From assembly GCA_963823665.1 (NCBI GenBank), contig CAWGMQ010000004.1, forward strand, positions 3,011,606 to 3,075,605: a stretch of DNA of 64,000 nucleotides, written 5' to 3'. The notes under the pieces are model-generated. The model saw only the letters and a list, made by a program, of their open reading frames with translations. It was not told the DNA's origin and searched no databases. Position numbers and translations under genes: made by a program. Below are positions 20,554 through 30,737 of the stretch, in pieces. Every line of letters begins with the position of its first letter. Positions within the stretch are counted from its first letter, which is position 1. Source of the DNA: an uncultured Planctomycetota bacterium. Its GTDB lineage: Bacteria > Planctomycetota > Planctomycetia > Isosphaerales > Isosphaeraceae.

Positions 20554-20985
20554 ATGATGCCATCTGAAAGCAAACAGAACGTCCGATTCCAGTTGCGGGT
20601 CAATGGTGAAGTCAAGGCGACCGCGGGTCTGGATTCAATCGGCGTGTTGAGCCAGACCCTTACGTGGGTGCGCCGAGATCCGGATAAGGCGCCGAGCGAC
20701 GAGACCGACATCGCGTGCTGGGTGTGCAACAAGATCCATGTCCGTCTGGGCGGGTTGGATTCGACGAGCGACGAGCACCTCGATTGGCACCGGGCCGAGC
20801 TTCGAGTGGGTGATGAAATCCGCGTCCAGATCCTGGCGCCCGGCGAGTTCGACGTCCCAATCAAACGCTTTTGCTCGAGTTGTGGCCTCAAACACAGGCC
20901 GCGCTCTCCGAGGGGCTCGTATCGGAGACGTCAAATCAGAGGCCCGTCGTGGCGTAAACGCTGGATGTGTCCGTCAAACCGTTAG
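20554..20985 (+). CDS. hypothetical protein
   Basis: Protein-like beta-rich composition (VNGEVKATAG..GVLS..LGGLDS..EHLDW..VGDEI); start uncertain. Confidence 0.5.
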   Translation: MMPSESKQNVRFQLRVNGEVKATAGLDSIGVLSQTLTWVRRDPDKAPSDETDIACWVCNKIHVRLGGLDSTSDEHLDWHRAELRVGDEIRVQILAPGEFDVPIKRFCSSCGLKHRPRSPRGSYRRRQIRGPSWRKRWMCPSNR

Positions 20986-21022
20986 CCGCAGGCGATCCCG
21001 CTTTTTCTTCGCTTGAAAGGGT

Positions 21023-21050
21023 CCGGCTTGCTGCCGGAAAAGCAAGCCGG
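21023..21050. terminator. perfect 10-bp stem hairpin
   Basis: CCGGCTTGCT-N8-AGCAAGCCGG. Confidence 0.35.
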
Positions 21051-21258
21051 CTGCGGGGTTTCCGACGATCGAGGTAGTCGATGGCTCTGCTCAGGCGGTC
21101 CAATCTCCCTATCGGCTGGCGCGACGGGTATCGTGAGTTCCCCGAACGCGTTCAAGTAAAAGCTTTCCCCTTGTAATTATAATGAGTGTTCGTGACAGGA
21201 ACGGAAAGCCCGGCTCCCGACACCGAATCGCGAGGCTTCTCCGATGGTGGGTAGTTCC

Positions 21259-21894
21259 ATGCAACGCGTTCGAGTGTTCCTCATCCGGCTTTCGATCATT
21301 GGACCGCCGGCGCTAATCGTCGCGTGTGCTCTGACGATGGCCTACAAGGAATTCTCTGCCCGCCGGGACGTGGTCGACTATCTCAAGCTCGCGGCCGATG
21401 CGCCGACTCTGCCACTTGCAGAACGATACCTTTCCACCGCTGTCCGCAACATGGAAGCTCGCCGCTGGACCTCCGGCAGTACGGCCTTGATCTTCAAAGT
21501 CCCACTTCGGGACCTTGGCTTCTGGTACCAGAATACGAAAGGCGCGCTCGACGCGATCGAAACGCTGATCGCCACCGATGCAAGTCTCACGCCTGTGGAC
21601 CGCTCGAACGCACTCGTGAAACTACGCGAAACGCTGATGGACGGAAACCACTTGACGTTTCCAGAGTGGGCCGAGCTCGCGCCCTATAATGCCCTGTTTT
21701 TCTGGATGGTGGTCGTGGGGGCGGTCGGATCGATTCACTCGAGTTGTGCATTTGTGGCGTGGATTGCCCGGTGGATGCTGGCACAGTCGCGATTGAGTGC
21801 GACTCTTCGCATGCCGGCGTGGTTCCAAAACTACTGGCGGTGGATCGATCGACAGGCCGCATCATTCGGCCCAAGCCGAGGCACATGGGGTTGA
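21259..21894 (+). CDS. hypothetical membrane protein
   Basis: Two hydrophobic segments around a soluble domain (DLGFWYQN...RSNALVKLRETL). Confidence 0.55.
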   Translation: MQRVRVFLIRLSIIGPPALIVACALTMAYKEFSARRDVVDYLKLAADAPTLPLAERYLSTAVRNMEARRWTSGSTALIFKVPLRDLGFWYQNTKGALDAIETLIATDASLTPVDRSNALVKLRETLMDGNHLTFPEWAELAPYNALFFWMVVVGAVGSIHSSCAFVAWIARWMLAQSRLSATLRMPAWFQNYWRWIDRQAASFGPSRGTWG

Positions 21895-21972
21895 GTGAAC
21901 GCGCGATTTTGACGCCCTGAATGGGGCAATGGTCAACGGCCGGAGTCGTCCAGCCCCGGTAAGCAGCGCTCA

Positions 21973-22400
21973 TCATCGGCCTGTGCTGGGTGGTCGAGCG
22001 TTCTCCGGCGTGATCGTACCGAGGGCCACAACCCCGGGGTTCGCTTTCGATGCCGGCTCGGGAACGATGAACGGCCGCTTGAGCACGCCATCTCCACCTC
22101 GATGAGCTCGCAACTCGCAGGCACCGGGTTGGATCTCCTCGACGCGGAACGAGCCGTCTGCCTCCACGTCGAGCCCGTGGCCGAATCCGCGCCTCGCTTG
22201 CCAGGAAGCCGCGCCCGTCTCGATGAATCGCCAGCGATGCAGCCACTCCTGGCGCTCTGCCTCGGTGAGATAGGGCGGTAACGGAACCACTGGCTCCTTC
22301 ACGACGCTGAAAGTCTCGATCGTGTAACGCGCCGAGACAATTGTTCGTTTTCTCTCAGAATCCAGGGAGCCGACGGCAACGTCGTCACGGTTGATTTGAC
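21973..22400 (-). pseudogene. C-terminal remnant of a carboxypeptidase-regulatory-like domain protein
   Basis: VEADGSFRVEEIQPGACEL...FIVPE...VALGTI fragment with no credible start. Confidence 0.35.
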
Positions 22401-22537
22401 CGATTGGGCAGGACCGGCGAGGCCTTGCCTGAGCTTTCGATTCGGGCAAAGATGACAGGCCGAGACGGGGAGTCGGCGTTCGGCTCAACCAACCCGAACC
22501 GGATGATCAAGCTTCTATTTGCACGCGAGGAGATGAA

Positions 22538-22987
22538 ATGTCGAGGACGAGGATTCTCGTGATACTCACCGGGTTGCTGGCCGTGGCCGCGGTCGCACTC
22601 ACGTGTCCGCTGGGCATCGGTGCCACCAGGACCGCCGCCGGTCCAAAGCTTGCCCATATGGTTTACTTCAAGCTCAAGGACAGTTCGCCTGGCAATCGGG
22701 CCAAGCTCATCGCTTCGTGCAAGCTCCTGCTCTCCGGACACGAAGGCGTTGAATACTTCTCAACCGGGAGCCTGGCGGCCGACTTCAAGAAGGAATTTAA
22801 CGACCGTGACTTCGACGTCTCCCTGAACCTTGTCTTCGTCGATAAAGACGCGCACGACAAATACCAGGAGAGCGAGCGGCACAAGAAATTCATCGAAGAG
22901 AATCTGGATACACTCGAAAAGGTGCGCGTTTTCGACTCGTATCTCTCTCCGACGCCCAGCGTGAAAGCCTCAGCCGTGGAGAAATAA
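22538..22987 (+). CDS. Dabb (stress-responsive A/B barrel) protein with signal peptide
   Basis: HMVYFKLK, FDVSL, YQxSxRH, VRVFDSY. Confidence 0.85.
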   Translation: MSRTRILVILTGLLAVAAVALTCPLGIGATRTAAGPKLAHMVYFKLKDSSPGNRAKLIASCKLLLSGHEGVEYFSTGSLAADFKKEFNDRDFDVSLNLVFVDKDAHDKYQESERHKKFIEENLDTLEKVRVFDSYLSPTPSVKASAVEK

Positions 22988-23052
22988 AGAACGGCAGATT
23001 CCTGAAACAGCAGCCCGGCGCCGCCGGCAACCCGCGGCGGCCGAGCCTGCGG

Positions 23053-23991
23053 TCATACTCGACCCTCGTCCGATGGGTCGTCAGGCTTTTGGCCGCCGCC
23101 GGTGCCTGGTTCGGGAGCGTCTCGGTCCGCGTCCGAGTTTTCCCGGTTGTTGCTCTCCTCGCCAGCGCCGCCGTTCTCGTCCGAACCGTTCTCGGATCCG
23201 AGCCGATCGAGTTCTTCTGATGCGTCATGCGTCTCCTGGATCGTATGTTTGGGCCGAATCACGAAGCTCAGGATCATGATCAAGACCATCACGGACCAGA
23301 ACACAACCTCAGGGATGTGAAAGGGACGAACGTTTTCTTTGCCGAAGAACTGGGTGGCGGCATCGGAAAGACCACTGATCGTGAGCTTCAGCCCGATCCA
23401 CGCGACGAGGCAATAGGCTCCTTCAGCCAGCCCCGGGAAGCGATCGAGCAAGAGCACGAAATATCGCACCACGAATCGCATCGTGATGATTCCAAGGATC
23501 CCCCCGGTCAGAACGATGAAGTACTTCCCTCGATCTTCGAACCGCTCGGGAAAGTCATCGGCCATGCCGACGGCGGCAACGATCGAGTCGATCGAGAAGG
23601 CAATGTCGGTCAGAGTAACGGCTGCTACAGTTCCCCAGAACCCGCGAAACCAGGCTCGCAGCTTCGATTGCGTTGGCGCGGTCGCACCTTCTGCCGAATG
23701 GCGCCGCGACCAGAAGTGGGAGATTGCCAGGTACAGAAGATAACCACCCCCGATCACCTTGAATTGCCACAGCTTGAGCAGGATCGCCGATAGAAAAACG
23801 GCAACCACACGGAAACCGATCGCGCCCCAGATTCCCCATTGCAAAACCCGGCGACGATCATGGCGCTCAAGGTGCCGGACCATGAGCGCCAGCACCAAAG
23901 CGTTGTCAGCGCTCAAAAGACCTTCCAGGAACACCAGCACAGCGATGTACCAGGCGACTAGGGGAACGTCTCCGGCCAAGGGGCCCATCAT
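23053..23991 (-). CDS. TerC-family membrane protein
   Basis: LEGLLSADNALV, DIAFSIDSI, GIITMRF. Confidence 0.9.
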   Translation of the reverse strand: MMGPLAGDVPLVAWYIAVLVFLEGLLSADNALVLALMVRHLERHDRRRVLQWGIWGAIGFRVVAVFLSAILLKLWQFKVIGGGYLLYLAISHFWSRRHSAEGATAPTQSKLRAWFRGFWGTVAAVTLTDIAFSIDSIVAAVGMADDFPERFEDRGKYFIVLTGGILGIITMRFVVRYFVLLLDRFPGLAEGAYCLVAWIGLKLTISGLSDAATQFFGKENVRPFHIPEVVFWSVMVLIMILSFVIRPKHTIQETHDASEELDRLGSENGSDENGGAGEESNNRENSDADRDAPEPGTGGGQKPDDPSDEGRV

Positions 23992-24153
23992 GAGGCTCTT
24001 ACCTCCGGCAGTCGTCTGGATACATTACTGGGGGGCTCCATCAGGCTCATCCGCCGATCGGCGTACTCAAAGACCGGCATTGAAACGAAGGAAATATCTT
24101 TACCACAACGGTGAAGCCGGGGCGACAGCCCGCACCGGCTCGCTTGAGCCACA

Positions 24154-25944
24154 ATGACAACCGGATCCGCCGCCAAGTCGAATGTGACCCGATCGGACCG
24201 CAGGTCCGTGAGCCGGCTCTCCCTGGTGATGGGCCTGGTTGCGGGCCTGGCCGTCCTGCTCACGCTGGACGGGCCGGGACTGACGATCGACGAGCCACTG
24301 GATGTTCGCCCCGGCCGGACTTATATCGCGACCATTCGCGAGTTCGGGTTTCGGTTTTTCGACCCCAAGGTGGTCGACCGTGTATTCCGAGACAACGCCG
24401 AACACCCTCCGCTTGGACGGTGGCTCCTGGGGATCGCCTCCACACTCGGCGAGCCATTCGAAGTGATCTGGATGGGGCCCGACCCGACCGGCCAATATGT
24501 CCTGGTCGGTCGGCTCGCTCCCGCAGCGGCGTTCGCGCTGCTGGTGAGTGTCGTAACCAGCACCGCCGGCCGCCGTTGGGGTTTGCCCGCGGCCGTCGCC
24601 GCCGGCTTCGCGCTGGTGGCGATGCCGCGCGTCTTTGCCCACGCCCACCTGGCCGCACTCGACACGTTTTTGAGCCTCTTCTGGACACTTGCGCTCCTGG
24701 CCGGTGAGCGAGCAATCTCTTCCCCGCGGCTCGTGCGCGACATGGCACTTGCAGGTGTACTCTGGTCGTTGGCTCTCCTCACCAAGATCCATGCCTGGTG
24801 CCTGTTACCCATTCTCGGCGTCTGGGCTTTTTTCCGCCTTCCGCCGCGCCGTGCACTGGTTGCGATGACGATCTGGACGCTTACCGGGATCAGCCTGTTC
24901 TGGCTCGGCTGGCCGTGGATCTGGCACGACTCTCTCGCCCGCATGCGGACTTACTGGGGTACGGGGATGGCCCGGCCAACCCTCCTCGTGCAATACTTCG
25001 GCCAGATATTCCCCGATCGGAATGTCCCCTGGCATTACCCCTGGTTCTATTTCGCTGCGACCGTGCCGCTTGGACTGCAGCTACTCGGCGTTCTGGGGCT
25101 CGTGCACGCCTTCAAGAACCGCCGTGACGACGCGTTCCCGCTACTACTGGCGGGTACGATCACGGTGTTCCTCGTTCTTTTCAGTACCAACGTCCCGGTG
25201 TACGACGGCGAACGGCTCTTTCTGCACGTGTTCCCGGCATGGTCGCTCTTGATCGGTTTCGGCTTCCAAACGCTTTGGAACCGATTTCGACCCACCGCGG
25301 CTTGGTCGAAGCTGCGGATCATTCTGGCTGGCTTCCTCCTCGCCCAAGGCTATGGGACCGTGCTCCTGCACCCATTCGGGCTGAGCTTTTACAACGGGCT
25401 GGTTGGCGGCCTCCCCGGCGCAGAACGCCTTGGACTGGAATTGACTTACTGGAGCGACCCCGTCGACCAGGTGCTGCTTGATCGGCTGGCACGTGAAGGC
25501 CAACCCGGAGCGACGGCGGCCCTCGTGCCGTCACTCTACCCCCAACAAGGTCTTCTGACCACGAACCGAGCCCTCGCGCGGGCCGGTATCTTCTTGCAAG
25601 ACGAGCAGGAAGCGGCTCGAGCCGAGTGGGTCGTCCTGTCGCGGCGAACCGCGTACTGGCGCCCGGAAGTCCTGGAGCGACTCGAGAACAGGAGCGCGGC
25701 CAACGCATCGCCATCCGTGCGCGGCAAGGTGTTTGGCTTTCAGCATTATGGCACTTTCCTCCGCAGGAAACACCAAGCCGAAACCCAGCACGGACCAACC
25801 CACCCAACGATGGAGGCTCTCAGCCAAGCAAAAACGATCCTGGCAACAGATGGCCTGCAAAAGACTTGCGGAAATGACCTCTTCCCTCTAGCCGACGCGG
25901 CGGCGATTCGTAGAATGTTTCAGAATGATTTGAACGAAACGTGA
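24154..25944 (+). CDS. ArnT/PMT-like glycosyltransferase (GT39-like); possible frameshift near 25695 with true end at 25877
   Basis: TIDEP, EHPPLG, LLTKI, many TM helices, YDGERLF; the alternative frame RQGVWLSALWHFP looks like the real C-terminus. Confidence 0.8.
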   Translation: MTTGSAAKSNVTRSDRRSVSRLSLVMGLVAGLAVLLTLDGPGLTIDEPLDVRPGRTYIATIREFGFRFFDPKVVDRVFRDNAEHPPLGRWLLGIASTLGEPFEVIWMGPDPTGQYVLVGRLAPAAAFALLVSVVTSTAGRRWGLPAAVAAGFALVAMPRVFAHAHLAALDTFLSLFWTLALLAGERAISSPRLVRDMALAGVLWSLALLTKIHAWCLLPILGVWAFFRLPPRRALVAMTIWTLTGISLFWLGWPWIWHDSLARMRTYWGTGMARPTLLVQYFGQIFPDRNVPWHYPWFYFAATVPLGLQLLGVLGLVHAFKNRRDDAFPLLLAGTITVFLVLFSTNVPVYDGERLFLHVFPAWSLLIGFGFQTLWNRFRPTAAWSKLRIILAGFLLAQGYGTVLLHPFGLSFYNGLVGGLPGAERLGLELTYWSDPVDQVLLDRLAREGQPGATAALVPSLYPQQGLLTTNRALARAGIFLQDEQEAARAEWVVLSRRTAYWRPEVLERLENRSAANASPSVRGKVFGFQHYGTFLRRKHQAETQHGPTHPTMEALSQAKTILATDGLQKTCGNDLFPLADAAAIRRMFQNDLNET

Positions 25945-25953
25945 GGCCTGGCG

Positions 25954-26496
25954 ATGGGCGAGTTGTCGCATTTCGATGAGACCGGTGCGAGCCGGATGGT
26001 GGATGTAACGGGCAAGGAGGTCACTCTCCGGACGGCGCGGGCGAGCGGGCGGGTCTGCGTGCAACCGTCGACACTCGCGCTGGTCCGGGATCGGCGATTG
26101 GCGAAGGGAGACGTTCTCGAGGTTGCCCGGCTGGCGGGGATCATGGCGGCGAAGCGAACCGGCGAATTGATACCACTTTGCCATCCACTAGGGTTAGACA
26201 GCATTGTGCTTTCGCTGTTTCCGATTGAACCCGACACAATCGGAATCGAAGCGACAGCGAAGGTGCACGGTCGCACCGGAGTCGAGATGGAAGCGATGAC
26301 GGCCGTGAGTGTGGCGGCTCTGACCGTCTACGACATGTGTAAATCTGTCGATCGCGAGATGACCATCGGCCCGATTCAACTCGAAGAGAAGACAGGTGGC
26401 CGCCGGGGGGCGTTTCGGCGCGCGAATGCACCGCCGGTTGTGGAATCCAAGCGACAATGCGACTCTGGCCAAGGGCGGTCGCCGGCTGATTCGTGA
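25954..26496 (+). CDS. moaC: cyclic pyranopterin monophosphate synthase MoaC
   Basis: MVDVTGK, KGDVL, LIPLCHPL, TGVEMEA, YDMCKSVD. Confidence 0.95.
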   Translation: MGELSHFDETGASRMVDVTGKEVTLRTARASGRVCVQPSTLALVRDRRLAKGDVLEVARLAGIMAAKRTGELIPLCHPLGLDSIVLSLFPIEPDTIGIEATAKVHGRTGVEMEAMTAVSVAALTVYDMCKSVDREMTIGPIQLEEKTGGRRGAFRRANAPPVVESKRQCDSGQGRSPADS

Positions 26497-26517
26497 GAGC
26501 GCACGGGGAGATGTCGG

Positions 26518-27525
26518 ATGTCGTCACGACCGTTGCTCGAGCTCGGCGAATCCCGGCAAGGTCTCTCCTCGTTGTACGAGTTGATCGCGGCCGAGCTGGC
26601 CTCCGCCGAGGCAATCTTTCAGAAGGAGCTTGGCAGCCGCTTCCCGTTTGTGCAATCGCTGGTCGATCACTGTGCAGATTTTCAAGGCAAGCGGCTTCGG
26701 CCTGCCCTTGTGCTCTTCTCCGGGCGAGCTTGCGGGTCGCTTTCCGAGGATCACTCCGTCCTGGCGGCCGTGGTCGAGATGATTCACACGGCGACACTCG
26801 TGCACGACGACGTCCTCGACGAAGCAGTGATTCGCCGGCATGCTGCAACAGTCAACGCCGAGTGGGGAAACGAGACGGCCGTTCTCCTGGGCGACTATCT
26901 GTTCACGCACGCATTTCATCTCGCCGCGTCGCTGGAATCGACCCGCGCCTGCCGCTGGATCGGCGCCGCGACCAATCGGGTCTGCGAGGGTGAGATGCAA
27001 CAGGTCTTCCACCGCGGAAACCTCGGCCTCCATGAACGCGACTACTTTGAAATCATTGAAGCGAAGACGGCCGAACTGACGGCCGTATCCTGTCGTCTGG
27101 GCGCCTTTTACGCAGGCGCAACCGAGCCCACCGTCGCCGCACTCGACGCCTACGGCCGCAATCTCGGCATCGCATTCCAGATCGCTGACGACGTGCTCGA
27201 TATCTGGGGTGAAGAACGCGCCACCGGTAAGAGCCTGGGAACCGACCTGAAGCAGCAGAAGCTCACGCTCCCGGTCATCAAGTTGCTCGCGCTCGCCGGG
27301 GAGGAGTCCGTGCCGAAAATACACAGTCTGGTTGCGGGCGCAAAACCAGAAGCGCGGCGCCGGCTCAAGCCGCTTCTGGAAGAGTCCGGCGCGCTGAACC
27401 ACGCCTGGCAAGTCGCCAAGCGGCACGTGAGGCTCGCAATCGACTCTCTCGATTGCCTCGCCGATTCCGAAGCCGCCGCCGCCTTGCGCACACTCGCCCA
27501 GTACGTCATCCGTCGGCCGTCCTGA
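26518..27525 (+). CDS. polyprenyl diphosphate synthase
   Basis: GKRLRP, LVHDDVLD, FQIADDVLD (FARM/SARM). Confidence 0.92.
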   Translation: MSSRPLLELGESRQGLSSLYELIAAELASAEAIFQKELGSRFPFVQSLVDHCADFQGKRLRPALVLFSGRACGSLSEDHSVLAAVVEMIHTATLVHDDVLDEAVIRRHAATVNAEWGNETAVLLGDYLFTHAFHLAASLESTRACRWIGAATNRVCEGEMQQVFHRGNLGLHERDYFEIIEAKTAELTAVSCRLGAFYAGATEPTVAALDAYGRNLGIAFQIADDVLDIWGEERATGKSLGTDLKQQKLTLPVIKLLALAGEESVPKIHSLVAGAKPEARRRLKPLLEESGALNHAWQVAKRHVRLAIDSLDCLADSEAAAALRTLAQYVIRRPS

Positions 27526-27826
27526 CGTCGAAAGTCGTGCCCGTTTGGGAGACTCACCACGGCGCGACGCCATCTCGGCTCTTGTCCAACTGCTCCTCGT
27601 ACTCACAATCCCACGCCTTTTTCAAAACCGAATTGAATCTACGCTGTGATCCGTTATCATGCAGCGAAGTCGACCTGCGAATGCCCTTTGAAAAACTCGA
27701 CCGACCATCCGAGTCTGCGATTTGTGCAATCTGGCCGGTCCTCGAAGTCGTTTCATGCGCGGGAGTCTTTTGTAATCTGGCGAGAAGCTTTGTTCCCCGT
27801 ATCGGGGAGAGATCGCACGGCCGGCC

Positions 27827-28294
27827 ATGATACTCAAAGACAAACTCCAGATCCTGATGGCAAAGTGTGGGTTGAACGGGCAGAGACTCGCCCGGGCTTC
27901 GCAAGTGAGCGATTCGGAGATCTCGCGAATCTTGCAGGGTAAATCGCGTCCCGGTCTCGATAACGCGTTTCGGCTGGCGAAAGCCGTCAACGTCTCGCTC
28001 GACTATCTCGCTGACGACAGCCTCGACACCGAGCCCCCGCAGCCGGCCGATCACCTCACGCCGGATGAGCGCAGGATCTTGACGATCGCACAGAAGATCG
28101 GCCAAGACGAGGTCTTGACCCTGCTCGAGAACATCCGCTTCCTGGGCTACGACGTGGCCATGAGCCGCTTGGTCGGTGGCAAGCCGGTGATCGAGATCGA
28201 GAAGGAAGTCGGCGAGACGCGGCCGGCCGTCGCTGTGGCGTCGTCGACCATGCCCGTTGGCGCGGGTCCGCGAGCCAGCTCCGCGAGCGCGTGA
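27827..28294 (+). CDS. XRE-family HTH regulator
   Basis: LARASQVSDSEISRILQGKSRP...LAKAVNVSLDYL. Confidence 0.85.
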   Translation: MILKDKLQILMAKCGLNGQRLARASQVSDSEISRILQGKSRPGLDNAFRLAKAVNVSLDYLADDSLDTEPPQPADHLTPDERRILTIAQKIGQDEVLTLLENIRFLGYDVAMSRLVGGKPVIEIEKEVGETRPAVAVASSTMPVGAGPRASSASA

Positions 28295-28487
28295 AATCCG
28301 TTCAACCCCTCGGCCCACGCCAACCAGGCGCTCGATCGATGCAGCGGCGCAAGCGGTTCGCGTGCTGTCTCAGCCGCTGCACGTGTTACAATGACGATGG
28401 CACGCTCGCTCAGGAAGGCTCTTAGAAGGATACTCGTCACCCGTTTGGACCGATCAGGTTGGATCATCGGTGCAGAGGAGGATTGTG

Positions 28488-29123
28488 ATGGCGACTGCCC
28501 CACACCGCCCAAGAGCGCGGCAGGTCGAGTACCCCACTGGGGACGGAAAACCCATGGCGGAAACAGATATCCATCGCGACGACATAATCGATGTCATCCA
28601 GACGTTGCAAAACCGGTTCGCTGCGGAGCCTATGGTTTACGTCTCTGGCAACTTGCTGCTGTTTTACGAGAAAGGCAATCGTCGAAAGCACGTCTCGCCC
28701 GATGTCTTCTTCGTGCGAGCCGTCGAGAAGAAGAAACGCCTCAACTACCTGATCTGGGAGGAAGGAAAAGCCCCGGACTTCGTGCTCGAGTTGACCTCCA
28801 AGACGACTCGGCGAGAAGATCAGGTGAAGAAACGGGCGTTGTATCGCGACGTACTGCGCGTACGCGAGTATTTCCTATTCGACCCGACCGAAGATTACCT
28901 CACACCGCCGCTTCAGGGGTTCCGATTGGTGGCAGGGCAGTATCTGCCGATCGAGTCCGTAGACGGCCGACTTCCCAGCGAGGTTCTCGGGTTGCACCTG
29001 GAGCAAAAAGGCGATGAAGTGCGATTGTACGATCCCAAAACGCAGTCTCGGTTGCTGAAGCCGGACAAACAGATCGAGCGATTGCGCCGAGAAATCGAAT
29101 CGCTTCGCAGTCAGTTGCCCTGA
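28488..29123 (+). CDS. Uma2-family endonuclease
   Basis: YPTGDGKPMAETDIH, SPDVFFV, PDFVLELTS, VREYFLFDP. Confidence 0.9.
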   Translation: MATAPHRPRARQVEYPTGDGKPMAETDIHRDDIIDVIQTLQNRFAAEPMVYVSGNLLLFYEKGNRRKHVSPDVFFVRAVEKKKRLNYLIWEEGKAPDFVLELTSKTTRREDQVKKRALYRDVLRVREYFLFDPTEDYLTPPLQGFRLVAGQYLPIESVDGRLPSEVLGLHLEQKGDEVRLYDPKTQSRLLKPDKQIERLRREIESLRSQLP

Positions 29124-29147
29124 ATCCAAGGCGACCTCGCCCCACGC

Positions 29148-30590
29148 TCAGAACTGTTTCCGCTGCCGGCTCGACGGGATGAGTAGATTCTGTCTGTACT
29201 TGGTGACCGTCCGCCGTGCCACCGTCACTCCCTGCCGTGCCATCTCGTCCACGATCTCCTCGTCCGACATCGGGTTCAGCTTGTCTTCCTTCGCGATCAC
29301 CTCCAGCAGCTTCTGCTTGATCGTATCCCACGCAATCTCATCCCCTTCCGCGGTTTTCGTGCCGCCTCCGAAGAACCGCTTGAGCGGGAAAATTCCCCGC
29401 GGGGTTTGTATCCACTTGTCGTCCACCGCCCGGCTCACCGTCGTCACGTGCACGCCCACACGGTCGGCAATCTGCTGCATCTTGAGCGGTTCGATGAACT
29501 CGGGGCCGCGGTCGAGCACGTCCTTCTGGTGCTCGATGATGGCCTTGGCGACCCGCAAGAGAGTGTTTCGCCGCTGCTCGATCGACTCGATGAGCCAGCG
29601 CGCCGACTGGATCTTCTTCTGAATGAAGTCCCGCGTCGCCTGGTCGGTATCCTTGTTGCGAAGCTGCTTCAGGTAATCTCGCGAGATGGCCAGTTGGGGC
29701 GTATTCTCATCAGCCAGGCGCACTTCATACACGCCCTGGTCGTTGGCCTCGACGATCAGGTCCGGAATCACGTAATGAGGGTCCTCGACCTGGAACCCCG
29801 CGCTGGGCCTCAAATTCAACCTGCGCAGATGCTCGAGCGATTCCTTGATCGTCTCGAGCGGGATTCCCGTTTTCTTCTCGATGAGCGGCAGACGGTTGTG
29901 CTCCAGATCGTCGAAGTGCTGCGAGATCAGAATCTGCAAGACGTCATGGCCGGGAATCTCGGGGTTGAGTTGCAGAAGCAGGCACTCACGCAGGTCGCGT
30001 GCGCCAACGCCGGGTGGGTCGAGCCGCTGCACAAGCCCGAGCGCTTCCGCAGCTTGCTCGGCAGTGGCCCGGCCGTTGAATTCGCGGATGACGTCATGCA
30101 AGTCGTGCGGATACAGGCCTTTCTCGTCCAGGTTATAAATGATGTACTCGGCGATCTCACGCAAGATTGGGCCACAGTCGAAAAAGCTGAGCTGATCCGT
30201 CAGATCGTCGTGAAACGAACGCGGACGCGAGGCCATATTCTGCATGGCCTCCTGCTTGCGGTCCGACTGTTCGCTGAGCGCAGCCCGGCTTCGCCTCGGT
30301 CCCTCCGCGTAAATCTCGCTCCAGTTCTCATCCAGCGAAATCAAATTGTCGAAGTCGTCCGAATCCGACACCGGCTCCTCTGCAACGGGAGCAGGCGAGT
30401 CGTCGTCACCTGACTGAGGTGAGGGCGTTTCTCTCAGGTCCTCCAGGATCGGATTCTCCCCCAGCTCCTGCTCGATCCTTTCCTGCAAGGCCATCACCGG
30501 AAGCTGCAGAATCTCCATCGACTGAATCATCCGAGGCGCCATTCGCAGACGCATCTCGGTTCGCATTTGTTGAGATGTATCGAGCCGCAT
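29148..30590 (-). CDS. rpoN: RNA polymerase sigma-54 factor
   Basis: MRLDTSQQM..QSMEILQL, DPPGVGAR, VHVTTVSRAV, RpoN box ARRTVTKYR. Confidence 0.95.
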   Translation of the reverse strand: MRLDTSQQMRTEMRLRMAPRMIQSMEILQLPVMALQERIEQELGENPILEDLRETPSPQSGDDDSPAPVAEEPVSDSDDFDNLISLDENWSEIYAEGPRRSRAALSEQSDRKQEAMQNMASRPRSFHDDLTDQLSFFDCGPILREIAEYIIYNLDEKGLYPHDLHDVIREFNGRATAEQAAEALGLVQRLDPPGVGARDLRECLLLQLNPEIPGHDVLQILISQHFDDLEHNRLPLIEKKTGIPLETIKESLEHLRRLNLRPSAGFQVEDPHYVIPDLIVEANDQGVYEVRLADENTPQLAISRDYLKQLRNKDTDQATRDFIQKKIQSARWLIESIEQRRNTLLRVAKAIIEHQKDVLDRGPEFIEPLKMQQIADRVGVHVTTVSRAVDDKWIQTPRGIFPLKRFFGGGTKTAEGDEIAWDTIKQKLLEVIAKEDKLNPMSDEEIVDEMARQGVTVARRTVTKYRQNLLIPSSRQRKQF

Positions 30591-30682
30591 TATCCCTGCT
30601 TCCATCAGTGCAAAATACCCGACGCCCAGCGCCAGCGCCTTCCTGTGCAGCGCCCTGCCGCGTCGAACGAGTTCCCATCTCC

Positions 30683-30698
30683 TGCAACTATTATGCCA
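30683..30698 (-). promoter_or_regulatory. sigma54 (-24/-12) site upstream of rpoN
   Basis: Minus strand TGGCAT-AATAG-TTGCA, near consensus, about 90 nt upstream of the start. Confidence 0.7.
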
Positions 30699-30737
30699 CA
30701 ACTGTGGGCAAGACAAGGGGTCGTTGTGTGGATTCGA

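Noticed and set aside
28488..29123. anti-phage defence island around Uma2/XRE
   Set aside because: A lone Uma2 gene is common in this lineage, and no partner defence genes are nearby.
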